Shown: positions 33,618 through 43,327 of the stretch, one piece after another
How positions within the stretch are numbered: position 1 is the first letter of the stretch
How the letters are laid out: every line of letters begins with the position of its first letter
Assembly: GCA_034520945.1 (NCBI GenBank)
Contig: JAXHNB010000005.1
Location: forward strand, 831,529 to 895,528
Direction of reading: 5' to 3'
Source: Trueperaceae bacterium
GTDB taxonomy: Bacteria > Deinococcota > Deinococci > Deinococcales > Trueperaceae
DNA: 64,000 nucleotides
Notes under the pieces: generated by a model
The model's database searches: none
What the model was told of the DNA's origin: nothing
The model's input: the letters and a program-made list of their open reading frames with translations, nothing else
Translations under genes and position numbers: made by a program

Positions 33618-34546
33618 GCGGCGCTACGAACCTCCCCGCGTCCGTCAGCGCGCGGCTGCTTCACCGCGCCCGGCAGACGGGCGACGACTACCAAGGACTC
33701 CTAACGAGCTACTGTCTGGAGCGCTTTCTGTACCGCGTTGGCGTCTCGCAGGCCCGCGACCGATTCGTGCTCAAGGGCGCGATGCTACTGCGGCTCTGGT
33801 CCGATCGGCCGTACCGCGCCACGCGTGACCTCGACCTGTTGGGGATGCGCGACGCATCTTCGGAGATTCCCGCGGCCCTCCGCGCGATCTGCGAGGCGGA
33901 CGCGGCGCCCGACGCCGTGATCTTCGACGCCGCCGACATCGAGCTCACCGAGATCCGTGCGGAGGACGAGTACGCCGGAGTCCGGGCGACGTTGCCAGCT
34001 CGTTTGGGAACTGCCCGGCTTCGGCTTCAGATCGATATCGGGCGCGCCGACGCCGTGTGGCCGGAGCCCAACCGCCGCGCGTACCCGACCCTGCTCGACT
34101 TTCCCGCCCCCGAGATCCTCGTGTATCCGCGCGAGGCCGTAATCGCCGAGAAGCTCGAGGCGATGGTGGTGCTGGGGGACCGGAACAGCCGTATCAAGGA
34201 CTTCTTTGATCTCGACCATCTCGCCGCGAGCTTCGAGTTCGACCGCTCCATCCTCGCAGAGGCGGTCCGGCGCACGTTCGCGAGGCGTGGCACACCAATT
34301 CCGACCGAAGCGCCTATCGGCCTCACGCCCGCTTATTGGGAGAACCCTTCGCGCCCCGCCCAGGTGCGCGCTTTCGCTCGGCGTGCGGGCATCGAAGCCA
34401 CCGATCGATCCGGTGCGACGCTCCAGACGCGGCTCGCCAGCTTTCTACTGCCCGTGCTGGCGGACGCCCACTCAGGAGAGCGGCGCCCATGGGCGTGGCC
34501 GCCGGGAGGGCCATGGGTGCGTTCAGGTCCCGCTGAGGCTCGATGA
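33614..34546 (+). CDS. Type IV TA toxin AbiEii, nucleotidyltransferase
   Basis: ASVSARL, ERFLYR, FVLKGAMLL, RATRDLDL, AEKLEAM...NSRIKDFFD; GTGA coupling to abiEi. Confidence 0.9.
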   Translation: MSGATNLPASVSARLLHRARQTGDDYQGLLTSYCLERFLYRVGVSQARDRFVLKGAMLLRLWSDRPYRATRDLDLLGMRDASSEIPAALRAICEADAAPDAVIFDAADIELTEIRAEDEYAGVRATLPARLGTARLRLQIDIGRADAVWPEPNRRAYPTLLDFPAPEILVYPREAVIAEKLEAMVVLGDRNSRIKDFFDLDHLAASFEFDRSILAEAVRRTFARRGTPIPTEAPIGLTPAYWENPSRPAQVRAFARRAGIEATDRSGATLQTRLASFLLPVLADAHSGERRPWAWPPGGPWVRSGPAEAR

Positions 34547-34705
34547 TCGGTGGTTCTAAACGGCCGCACTCCCGTGCCGATTCGACGAGGCGCTCCTCGA
34601 GCTTCTCGCGCGTGCCAAGGATGACGCCCGCGGAGGCGCGTAGGCGGAGTGCACCTCGCGCCGTGCGCGCGGGCGCCGATGGGTCCGGCCGCGCACTCGG
34701 CTACG

Positions 34706-35210
34706 TCACTCGACGGCGTCGAGATCCTCCAACGACCATGCGACCACGCAGAGCTCTTCGTCCGTAAGGGCGGCCCGGAACGCGTCGGTGAATCCGCCCA
34801 CCGCCACGTACGCGTGGACGGCATCGGATTACTGCGCACGGTGCGCCCAACGCTGGCCGCTGTCGGCCGCGCGCTGCAGCACGGCGAGGTGGTCGTGATG
34901 CAGTCGGGGGCCCGCCACGCGCCCGTGCCACTCCACGGCACCGGTGAGGACGCTTCCCGTTGCGAGGTGCGCGACGAGGTCGATTTCGACCGAGCGTCCG
35001 GCACCATCGCGGCCTTTCCGGTGCGCCTCGAGGGAGCCGAGCTCGAGCGGCCGGTCCAACCGCGCGCGCAGGACGCTGTCGTGCCCCAGGCTCGTGTGCT
35101 GGGCGATCTCGTTGCGCTACGTCTGCCTGGAGGCGACGGCGCGGTGAGCCGCCTTGTATGCAGTGACGTCGCGCAAGCCCTCCTCCTGATCGAGCGCCGT
35201 CTCGACCCGG
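34706..35210 (-). pseudogene. Decayed AAA-ATPase/DUF234-type protein, C-terminal wHTH and nuclease-like parts
   Basis: LDQEEGLRDVTAY...RNEIAQ...LELG..EA joined to GRSVEIDLVA...LTGAVEW; internal stops. Confidence 0.55.
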
Positions 35211-35221
35211 AGGCTCTCTTG

Positions 35222-35590
35222 TCGATCACCGATTTTCGTCACTACCTGACCTCCGATCTTCGGATCCCCGACGATTTGCCCGGTCCCGTACTGCGCCTGG
35301 CCCGCTTCCAAGGTGCGATCGTCGGGTGGGCGACGATCTGGAACCGGATGGCGCCCGTCGACACGAACGTCGCTTGTCGCCGTCGGCCCGCGCGGCGACC
35401 GTGTTCTGGCAACGTGCAGGCGGCGGCCGTGGAGGACTGGACCGTGATCGCCTAGAGCTGCCCCGTCTGCGGCGCCGCGGGTCGGATCGAGGCTTGGCAG
35501 GGTACGCCCTGGGACCGCTTCGACGAGGCGTTCGGCGACGACGGGGACGCTGAGATCGACGATTCGGGCGTTGCGAACCGAACGAACTGA
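35222..35590 (+). pseudogene. Small Cys-rich (zinc-ribbon) protein with nonsense codon
   Basis: ITDFRHYL...CRRRPARRPC...IA*SCPVCG..GRIEAWQGTPWD; TAG at 35453-35455, probably from TGG. Confidence 0.55.
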
Positions 35591-35645
35591 AGAACGGTCC
35601 GCGCCTGACGTGGAGCATGGTGAGGGCAACGGCACCCCACCCCGC

Positions 35646-36109
35646 CTACGTGCGCGCAACGGGTTCGTAGCGGGCCCCTCGCCCCCGGCCCCGTAGCGCC
35701 AGGGGCCCTTCGTCCCGAAGGTCCTTGAGGACGCTTCGAATCAGGTCGCGGCTGATCCCGGGGAGTTCGCGTTCGATCTCGCTGATGGCAAAGGGGGCCA
35801 TGCGGCGTGCGATCGCGGTGCGGACCATCTCGGTGTTGGTGCCGCCGCGCCCTCTACGGACCGCGTCGACCCTCGCTTCGAGCTCGCCGTACGCGGCGAT
35901 CAGAATGCCGAGGAAGTAGTCGAGCCACGGGCGCGCATCGCGCGCGTCCGAGTGCCAACCCGCGCTGCTGCGTTCCAGCGCGTCGTAGTAGCCGTCTCGG
36001 TTTCGTTCGACGATGCGCTCGAGGCTCACGTAACGTCCCACCTCGAAGCCGTGGAGGTAGAGGAGGAGAAGCGTGCGAAGGCGTGCCGTCCGGCCGCTGC
36101 CGTCGGGGA
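35646..36109 (-). pseudogene. Fic-family protein, C-terminal fragment
   Basis: PDGSGRTARL (degenerate HPFxDGNGR), GRYVSLERI, YYDAL..SS.GWH, C-terminal HTH with GRGRGARY. Confidence 0.8.
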
Positions 36110-36110
36110 C

Positions 36111-36304
36111 CTGTACTCGTCCACGTTGACGAAGTGGCGTAAGCACCGCGCGGCCGGCACGCTGGACGGCCTGACCAGCGCGAGGCGCGGTCCCGCTTCC
36201 GGAAGCCATCCAAACCCGCCGCCCCACCCCAAGAGGCGTGGATCAACCGCCCGACACTCCAAACCGCATGACCACCACCGGCAACCACCGATTGACAACT
36301 ACCG
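36111..36304 (+). mobile_element. Internally deleted IS3-like element remnant
   Basis: OrfA-like LYSSTLTKWRK..AGTLDGL...RGP, OrfB C-terminal AWINRP, end-like TTGACAACTACCG; C/A-rich composition. Confidence 0.55.
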
Positions 36305-36428
36305 TCGAATCCTCAAGGAGGAGACCGATAGCCTCCGTGTCTACAGACTGCACGGGTCACGCGACGCGTACCTGGAGACCTACGGCGTGGACACGTTCGT
36401 CGACTTCGAGGACATGCTCATCGTATGA
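36305..36428 (+). pseudogene. cas2: Cas2 C-terminal fragment (type I-C-like)
   Basis: RILKEETDSLRVYRL......ETYG.D..VDFEDMLIV* matches I-C Cas2 tails; lies directly before leader and repeat. Confidence 0.8.
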
Positions 36429-36611
36429 TTCCTGCCGCGAACATTAAGCGATGGTCTTGTCGCCAGGGGGTTCGCGATGCCGAACCTGCCCGTGGCAGGC
36501 GTGAACCATGGAAACCGAATCGAACTGCGATGCTTTCCTGCGGGCGGCGCTCGGCTACGTTCGCGGGAGGACCGGCTTTCGTCCGTCCGTGACGGGGCTA
36601 AAATGGAAGCC
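36429..36611 (+). promoter_or_regulatory. CRISPR leader
   Basis: Between cas2 stop and first repeat; GCGAAC...GGGGGTTCGCG and a second GTTCGCG motif, as in I-C leaders; GCTAAAAT -10-like box near the repeat. Confidence 0.65.
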
Positions 36612-36648
36612 GTCGCAGCCCCGCTTCGGCGGGGCTGAGGATTGAAAC
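36612..36648 (+). CRISPR. Single orphan CRISPR repeat, 37 nt, type I-C-like
   Basis: GTCGCAGCCCCGCTTCGGCGGGGCTGAGGATTGAAAC: 9-bp hairpin and ATTGAAAC end; follows cas2 and leader; no second copy seen. Confidence 0.85.
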
Positions 36649-36775
36649 TTGAATCCTCCCACAGTTAAAGCAGTGGGATTCCTGCATCACCGTGCGTTGC
36701 TCCCAATGCGGGAGTCTGACTTGCACTCAGACAGGCGTTTAACGTCTCGGAAGAACCGGCGGCGACGATGCGTCT
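36649..36775 (-). ncRNA. IS200/IS605 right end / TnpB omega-RNA (reRNA) scaffold, ISDra2-like
   Basis: Minus strand ...GCCGGTTCTTCCGAGACGTTAAACGCC...GTCAGAC...GAATCCCACTGCTTTAACTGTGGGAGGATTCAA; terminal hairpin and TTCAA end. Confidence 0.85.
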
Positions 36776-36857
36776 TAAAGCCTCGGTACGGATATTCAGC
36801 GCGGCGTTCAGGTCACGGTCATGCTGAGCGCCGCAACCACACACCCACCTTGCACGC
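36665..36857 (-). pseudogene. tnpB: TnpB C-terminal fragment (Zn finger half plus RuvC-III)
   Basis: [34 protein letters not shown]. Confidence 0.88.
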
Positions 36858-36943
36858 GTCGCTGGGCTGCATGCCATGGGCATGCCACGGCGAAGCGATC
36901 GGTCCGCTCGCGGGGGTCCGAACCATCGGACTACGCAGCTTTG

Positions 36944-38302
36944 TCATTCCTCGCGGGTAAAATCCTCGTTCGTTCCGTATCCACCCGCCAGATCGTCCGC
37001 GATCCGCCGCCGCTCCGCCCGGCTGCGCTTGCTGTAGCGCCGCGTGGTCTGCAGGTTGGCGTGGCGCAGCAGGTCGGCGGCGGCGTCGATGCCGTGCCGG
37101 CGGGTCACTTCGGTGCCGGCGGTGTGGCGGAGACCGTGCACCTCGCGGCCGGTGTAGCGCACGCCGGCGCGGCCGCACAGGTCGCGCAGGCGAATGCGGG
37201 CGCGGGCCGGGCCGAAGCCCAGCACGCGGGCACCCGGGTCGGACGATTCGGGGCGGATGGCCTGCAACGCGTCCAGCAGGGCGCCGGCGGCGGGCACGTC
37301 GCGAATGCGGCCGCCCTTGCCGACCACGCCGACCAGCAGACCGCGTTCCAAATCGACCTGGCCCCAGGTGAGGTGCGTCGCTTCGGCGTTGCGGAGGCCG
37401 CCGGTGGCGCACAACTGCACGAAGGCGGCGTCGACCGGGCCGGCGGCGCGCAGCAGGCGGCCGACCTCGGCGGCGCTGTAGGCCTCGCGCTTGTCCTCGG
37501 GCGCGGCCGGGTCGGTGGGGGCGGCCAGGTCCCGGAACGGGTCGGCGTCGGTGGCGCCGACGTGGCGGAGGGCGCGGTAGAGCGCCTTGCCGGCCGCCAG
37601 GCGCACCGCGACGGTGGAGGCGGCCAGCGGGCCGCTCAGGTCGCGGCCGCGGACGGTGCGGGGCACGCCGTCGCTTTCCAGGCGGATCAGCCATACCGCG
37701 CCGGCGTCGGGCGAGGGACGTAATAGGTTCTCATCGGGCCAGGCGGCCACCAGGTCGTGCACGCCGCGGCGGTAGGCGGCGCGGGTGCGGTCGCTGAGGC
37801 CGGCGCGCTTCTTGCCGCGGGTGGCCAGCACGTAGTGCGTGACCTCCCACAGGGCCCCCGGGTCGCGTTCGTTCGCGGCGCGGACGGCGCGGATGCGGCG
37901 CTGTTCGGGCGTGAGGCGCGCCCAGCGGACGGCGGTATCGACGGCGTCCTCACTGCGGACCTGCAGGTCGGTGGTGGCGCTGAGCTTCACCTCGCCGCTG
38001 GCGGCGTGCTGCACCAGCGCGTCGATGCCACTGCGGAACAGGGTGTGGGCCCGGACGCGGCTGACGCCGAAGCGCCGCGCGATGGCGGCGAGGGACTCCG
38101 GTTCGGCGCCTGCGCCCAGGGCGCGCTCCAGCGTGTCGCGGCGGCGGCGTTCCAGGCGGGGGCCGAAGGCGCGCAGCAGCGTCAGCGCGGCGGCCAGGCG
38201 CCCAGGGGCGGCCAGCACCTCACGGGCGCTGCAGGCGCTGTGGTCGGGGCGCAGCAGCGTGAGGGCCAGTTCGTGGGCCGAGGTGCCGGCGTCGGAATCC
38301 AT
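36944..38302 (-). CDS. Tyrosine recombinase with N-terminal sigma70-region-4-like HTH
   Basis: Catalytic R (GLRNAE), K (VGKGG), HxxR (HGLRH), H (LRHANL), Y (TTRRY); N-terminal ESLAAIARRFGVSRVRAH. Confidence 0.88.
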   Translation of the reverse strand: MDSDAGTSAHELALTLLRPDHSACSAREVLAAPGRLAAALTLLRAFGPRLERRRRDTLERALGAGAEPESLAAIARRFGVSRVRAHTLFRSGIDALVQHAASGEVKLSATTDLQVRSEDAVDTAVRWARLTPEQRRIRAVRAANERDPGALWEVTHYVLATRGKKRAGLSDRTRAAYRRGVHDLVAAWPDENLLRPSPDAGAVWLIRLESDGVPRTVRGRDLSGPLAASTVAVRLAAGKALYRALRHVGATDADPFRDLAAPTDPAAPEDKREAYSAAEVGRLLRAAGPVDAAFVQLCATGGLRNAEATHLTWGQVDLERGLLVGVVGKGGRIRDVPAAGALLDALQAIRPESSDPGARVLGFGPARARIRLRDLCGRAGVRYTGREVHGLRHTAGTEVTRRHGIDAAADLLRHANLQTTRRYSKRSRAERRRIADDLAGGYGTNEDFTREE

Positions 38303-38310
38303 GGAGGCAT

Positions 38311-38351
38311 GTTAACCCTATAGCGACAAGAGACATTATCGAATCGTTAAC
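38311..38351. other. dif-like tyrosine-recombinase core site (11-6-11) flanked by GTTAAC palindromes
   Basis: TATAGCGACAA-GAGACA-TTATCGAATCG (38319-38346); arms contain inverted CGA(C/T)AA; AT-rich patch 16 nt upstream of the recombinase ATG. Confidence 0.6.
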
Positions 38352-38369
38352 ACCCAACGACGTTCAGCG

Positions 38370-38615
38370 CTACGGGCCACCGACCCAGCCACGGACAGGG
38401 TCGTAGCGCAACGGCTCGCCAAGCTCGTCGGGATCGAACTGCCCGTGCGCATCCGCTTCGAGCGGAGGTGCCAGCGAGGCGTCGTGCCACGACCGCAGGT
38501 CATCAGACGCCGACAAAAGCTCTTCACGCTCGCCGCCCATGGCCCTCGCCAAGGTACGGACCCAGATGCCCAGGGCCCGAAGATACGCTCGGAGCCACCC
38601 AACGACACGCGTCAT
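38370..38615 (-). CDS. Small hypothetical protein (81 aa), probably leaderless
   Basis: TACGAT 6 nt before ATG; MTRVVGWLRAYLRAL... amphipathic N-terminus. Confidence 0.45.
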   Translation of the reverse strand: MTRVVGWLRAYLRALGIWVRTLARAMGGEREELLSASDDLRSWHDASLAPPLEADAHGQFDPDELGEPLRYDPVRGWVGGP

Positions 38616-38747
38616 GGGTGCATCGTATCGCTTGGGAGCATGCCGCGCCACGTTCCTCCCCGCGCGTCCGAGCGCCGCCCGCGGCGTGAGGGATGCCATT
38701 GACGCCCGCGTGCGGCCGCGCGTACGCTCCAGTCCGAGGAGGCACAT

Positions 38748-39107
38748 GTGAAGCGTCTTGCCTTGAGTTCGTTGCTGGTGGCGGGGGTCCTGGCGGCCTG
38801 TGCGCCGCAGGCCACGGTCATGAACAACGTCGTCCCGAGCCTGATCTCGGTGCAACTGCCGCAGGACGACGGCGAACCGATCCGCCTCGACGGCCGCTAC
38901 TTCGGGGACGGGCAGGACGGCCAGGCCGACGACAGCTACGTCGTGATCGGCGCACGCGGCGACTGCACCGGCGGCGTCGAGCTCCAGGCCGACACCTGGA
39001 GCGCCAACCGCATCACCTTCCGCGATCCCGGGGGCGTCGGCTCGGGTTTCGTGTGCGTGGTGGCGAATGGTGTCACCAGCAACGGCTTGCCGCTCGACCT
39101 GAACTGA
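38748..39107 (+). CDS. Small lipoprotein with IPT/Ig-like fold
   Basis: GGAGG RBS, lipobox LAAC, DGRYFG...WS..RITF..P. Confidence 0.75.
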   Translation: MKRLALSSLLVAGVLAACAPQATVMNNVVPSLISVQLPQDDGEPIRLDGRYFGDGQDGQADDSYVVIGARGDCTGGVELQADTWSANRITFRDPGGVGSGFVCVVANGVTSNGLPLDLN

Positions 39108-39169
39108 TCGCCTGAACGGCTCGCACGCCCACGCAGGTGTCGACGGCCGGCCGTTCGCGGCCGGCCGTC

Positions 39170-40102
39170 TCACGTCTCGGCGCTGCGGGCGCGGCGGGCC
39201 AGCCGCGTCGCCACCAGCGGCGACGTCACCATCTGCACCACCGCGTACACCACGGCCGGCAACGCCACTTCGGGCGGCAGCCCCGACGCGAACACCATGA
39301 ACGCCGCAATGCTGAACTCCTTCTTCGAGACGGTGAACAGCAGCGCCGTCCGGTCGGCCGACGCCGGCAGCCGCCGCCCGGCCGCCCACCCCAGCAGGTA
39401 GCCGGTTCCGTTGAGGAGCAGCGCCACGCCGACCGCGCCCGCCACCATGGCCGGCCTGGCCAGGATCATGCCGGCGTTGGGGCCGACGACGGCCAGCACC
39501 AGCGCCAGGTAGGCCAGCGACGCCGTCGCCGACGCGACCGGCTCCAGCGGCGCGACGCGGCCGGGCCGCCAGGTCCGGAGCGCGACGCCGCAGGCGGTCG
39601 GCGCCAGCACCACCAACGCCAGCTCAATGATTAGCGGGGCGACCGGCACCTGAAGGTCCACCCCGGTGTACGCCAGGAACGCGGCCGGCACCAGCACCGG
39701 CGCCAGGGCGGTGTTCACGGCATTCAGCACCGTCGCCAGCGCGACGTTGCCCCGCGCGATCAGCACCAACAGCGGCGAGGACACGTCGGTCGGCAGGGCG
39801 CCGACCAGCGCGAAGCCCAGGGCGAACGGTTCCACCCCGAACGCCAGGCGCCCCAGCAGGAACCCCGCCAGGCTCATCGGGCCGTACACCAGGAACGTCG
39901 CCAACGCCTGCACGCCCGGCCGGGTCAGGACCCGCCGCAACGTGGCCAGGTCGAAGGTCAGGCTCACGCAGAACATCAACAGCGCCAGCAGCGGGGTGAC
40001 GGCGGGCCGCAGGGCGACGCCGAGGGCGGGGACCAGCAGGCCGGCCGCCGCGGCGGCCAGCACCAGTGGCGTCAGGTTGTTCTCGATCGTCCGCAGGCGC
40101 AC
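39170..40102 (-). CDS. Bile acid:sodium symporter family transporter (start uncertain)
   Basis: Multiple TMs; LMFCVSLTF, P..VSSPLLV.IARGNVALA. Confidence 0.85.
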   Translation of the reverse strand: MRLRTIENNLTPLVLAAAAAGLLVPALGVALRPAVTPLLALLMFCVSLTFDLATLRRVLTRPGVQALATFLVYGPMSLAGFLLGRLAFGVEPFALGFALVGALPTDVSSPLLVLIARGNVALATVLNAVNTALAPVLVPAAFLAYTGVDLQVPVAPLIIELALVVLAPTACGVALRTWRPGRVAPLEPVASATASLAYLALVLAVVGPNAGMILARPAMVAGAVGVALLLNGTGYLLGWAAGRRLPASADRTALLFTVSKKEFSIAAFMVFASGLPPEVALPAVVYAVVQMVTSPLVATRLARRARSAET

Positions 40103-40271
40103 GGGGGCGGCCCTCCCTTCCGCTCCGCCGGCGGGCGTGGCGTGCTGGCCGCGTGCCTGACGGGGTCGCGCGCCGTCATGGTACGCGCTCCCGTCCGGGC
40201 GCACCGCCGTCCGCACGCCGACCGTTGCCGGTCCCGGCGTGTGTGCAACGAGCATGTATGCTCTGCGGGTG

Positions 40272-41528
40272 ATGCGCGTTCGAGCCGTGAAAGGCACCTA
40301 TGACGTCCTGCCCGAACGCCAGCCGGTCTGGCGCCACCTGCGCGGCACGGTGGAGCGGGTTCTCGGCCGCGCCGGCGTGCGCGAGATCGTGACGCCCGTG
40401 TTCGAGCACAGCGACGTGTTCGACCGCTCGGTGGGCGACTCCGCCGACCTGGTGGTCCAGAAGGAGATGTACCGCTTCGAGGACCGGGGCGGGCGCAGCC
40501 TGACCCTGCGGCCCGAGTTCACGGCCGGCGTGCTGCGCGCCTTCGTCGACCACGGCATGCACACCCGGCCCACGCCGGTCAAGCTGTGGAGCCTGGGGCC
40601 GGCGTTCCGAGCCGAGAACGTCCAACGCGGACGCTACCGGCAGTTTCACCAGGTCAACTGCGAGTTCCTGGGCTTGCCGGGGCCGCTGATCGACGCGGAG
40701 GCGATCGCGTTGCTGCACGACCTGCTGGCCGCCCTCGGCCTGTCCGACCTGCGCGTCGCCCTCGGCAGCGTCGGCGACCCCGAGGATCGCGAGGCGTACA
40801 ACGCCTACCTGCGCGAGGCGTTGACGCCCGTGGCGAATGAGCTTAGCGACGCCAGCCGGGCGCGGCTGCGCCTGAACCCGATGCGGGTGCTGGACAGCAA
40901 GGAGGCACGCGACCAGGAGCTGCTGGCCGGCCTGGACAAGCCCTTGGACCGCTTGGGCGACGCGGCCCGGGCGCACCTCGACGCCGTGGCCGCCACCCTG
41001 GACGCCTGGGGGATCGCCTACGAGCTGGCGCCCGACATCGTGCGGGGCCTCGACTACTACCGGCGCACGGCCTTCGAGATCCACGCCGAGGGGATCGGCG
41101 CGCAGTCGGCCTTGGCGGGGGGCGGGCGCTACGACGGGCTCGTCGCGGCGTTGGGCGGCCCCCCGACGCCCGGCATCGGCTGGGCGGTCGGCGTCGAGCG
41201 GGTTCTGGATGCGCTGGACGCGGCCGGCGCGCTGCCGGGTCCGCCCGCCGGGCCGGACCTGTTCCTGGTGCCGATGGACGACCCCGCCGTGGCCGAGGCC
41301 GCCACGCTGGCGCGGGAGCTCCGCGGCACGCTGCACGTCGAGCACGCCTACGCGCGGCGCGCGCCCGGCAAGGGCCTGCGCGACGCCGACCGCGCCGGCG
41401 CCCGGTACGCCGCCCTCCGGGGCGAGCGCGAGCGCGAACGCGGCGCGTGGACCCTGAAGCACCTGGCCCGCGGGGACCAGCGCGAAGTCGAGCAGGACGC
41501 GCTGGCCGCGGCCGTCCGGGAGGAGTGA
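40272..41528 (+). CDS. hisS: Histidyl-tRNA synthetase
   Basis: KGTYD, KEMY.F.DRGGR...LRPEFTA, FRAE..QRGRYRQFHQ, RGLDYY, GGGRYD. Confidence 0.97.
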   Translation: MRVRAVKGTYDVLPERQPVWRHLRGTVERVLGRAGVREIVTPVFEHSDVFDRSVGDSADLVVQKEMYRFEDRGGRSLTLRPEFTAGVLRAFVDHGMHTRPTPVKLWSLGPAFRAENVQRGRYRQFHQVNCEFLGLPGPLIDAEAIALLHDLLAALGLSDLRVALGSVGDPEDREAYNAYLREALTPVANELSDASRARLRLNPMRVLDSKEARDQELLAGLDKPLDRLGDAARAHLDAVAATLDAWGIAYELAPDIVRGLDYYRRTAFEIHAEGIGAQSALAGGGRYDGLVAALGGPPTPGIGWAVGVERVLDALDAAGALPGPPAGPDLFLVPMDDPAVAEAATLARELRGTLHVEHAYARRAPGKGLRDADRAGARYAALRGERERERGAWTLKHLARGDQREVEQDALAAAVREE

Positions 41529-41530
41529 GC

Positions 41531-43323
<1,793 letters not shown>

Positions 43324-43327
<4 letters not shown>

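Noticed and set aside
36649..36690. IS-derived CRISPR spacer
   Set aside because: No second repeat follows; IS homology continues about 200 nt into tnpB, so it is an insertion or fusion rather than a normal spacer
36305..36900. Functional type V (Cas12) system
   Set aside because: Only about 60 C-terminal TnpB residues remain, cas2 is truncated and there is a single repeat
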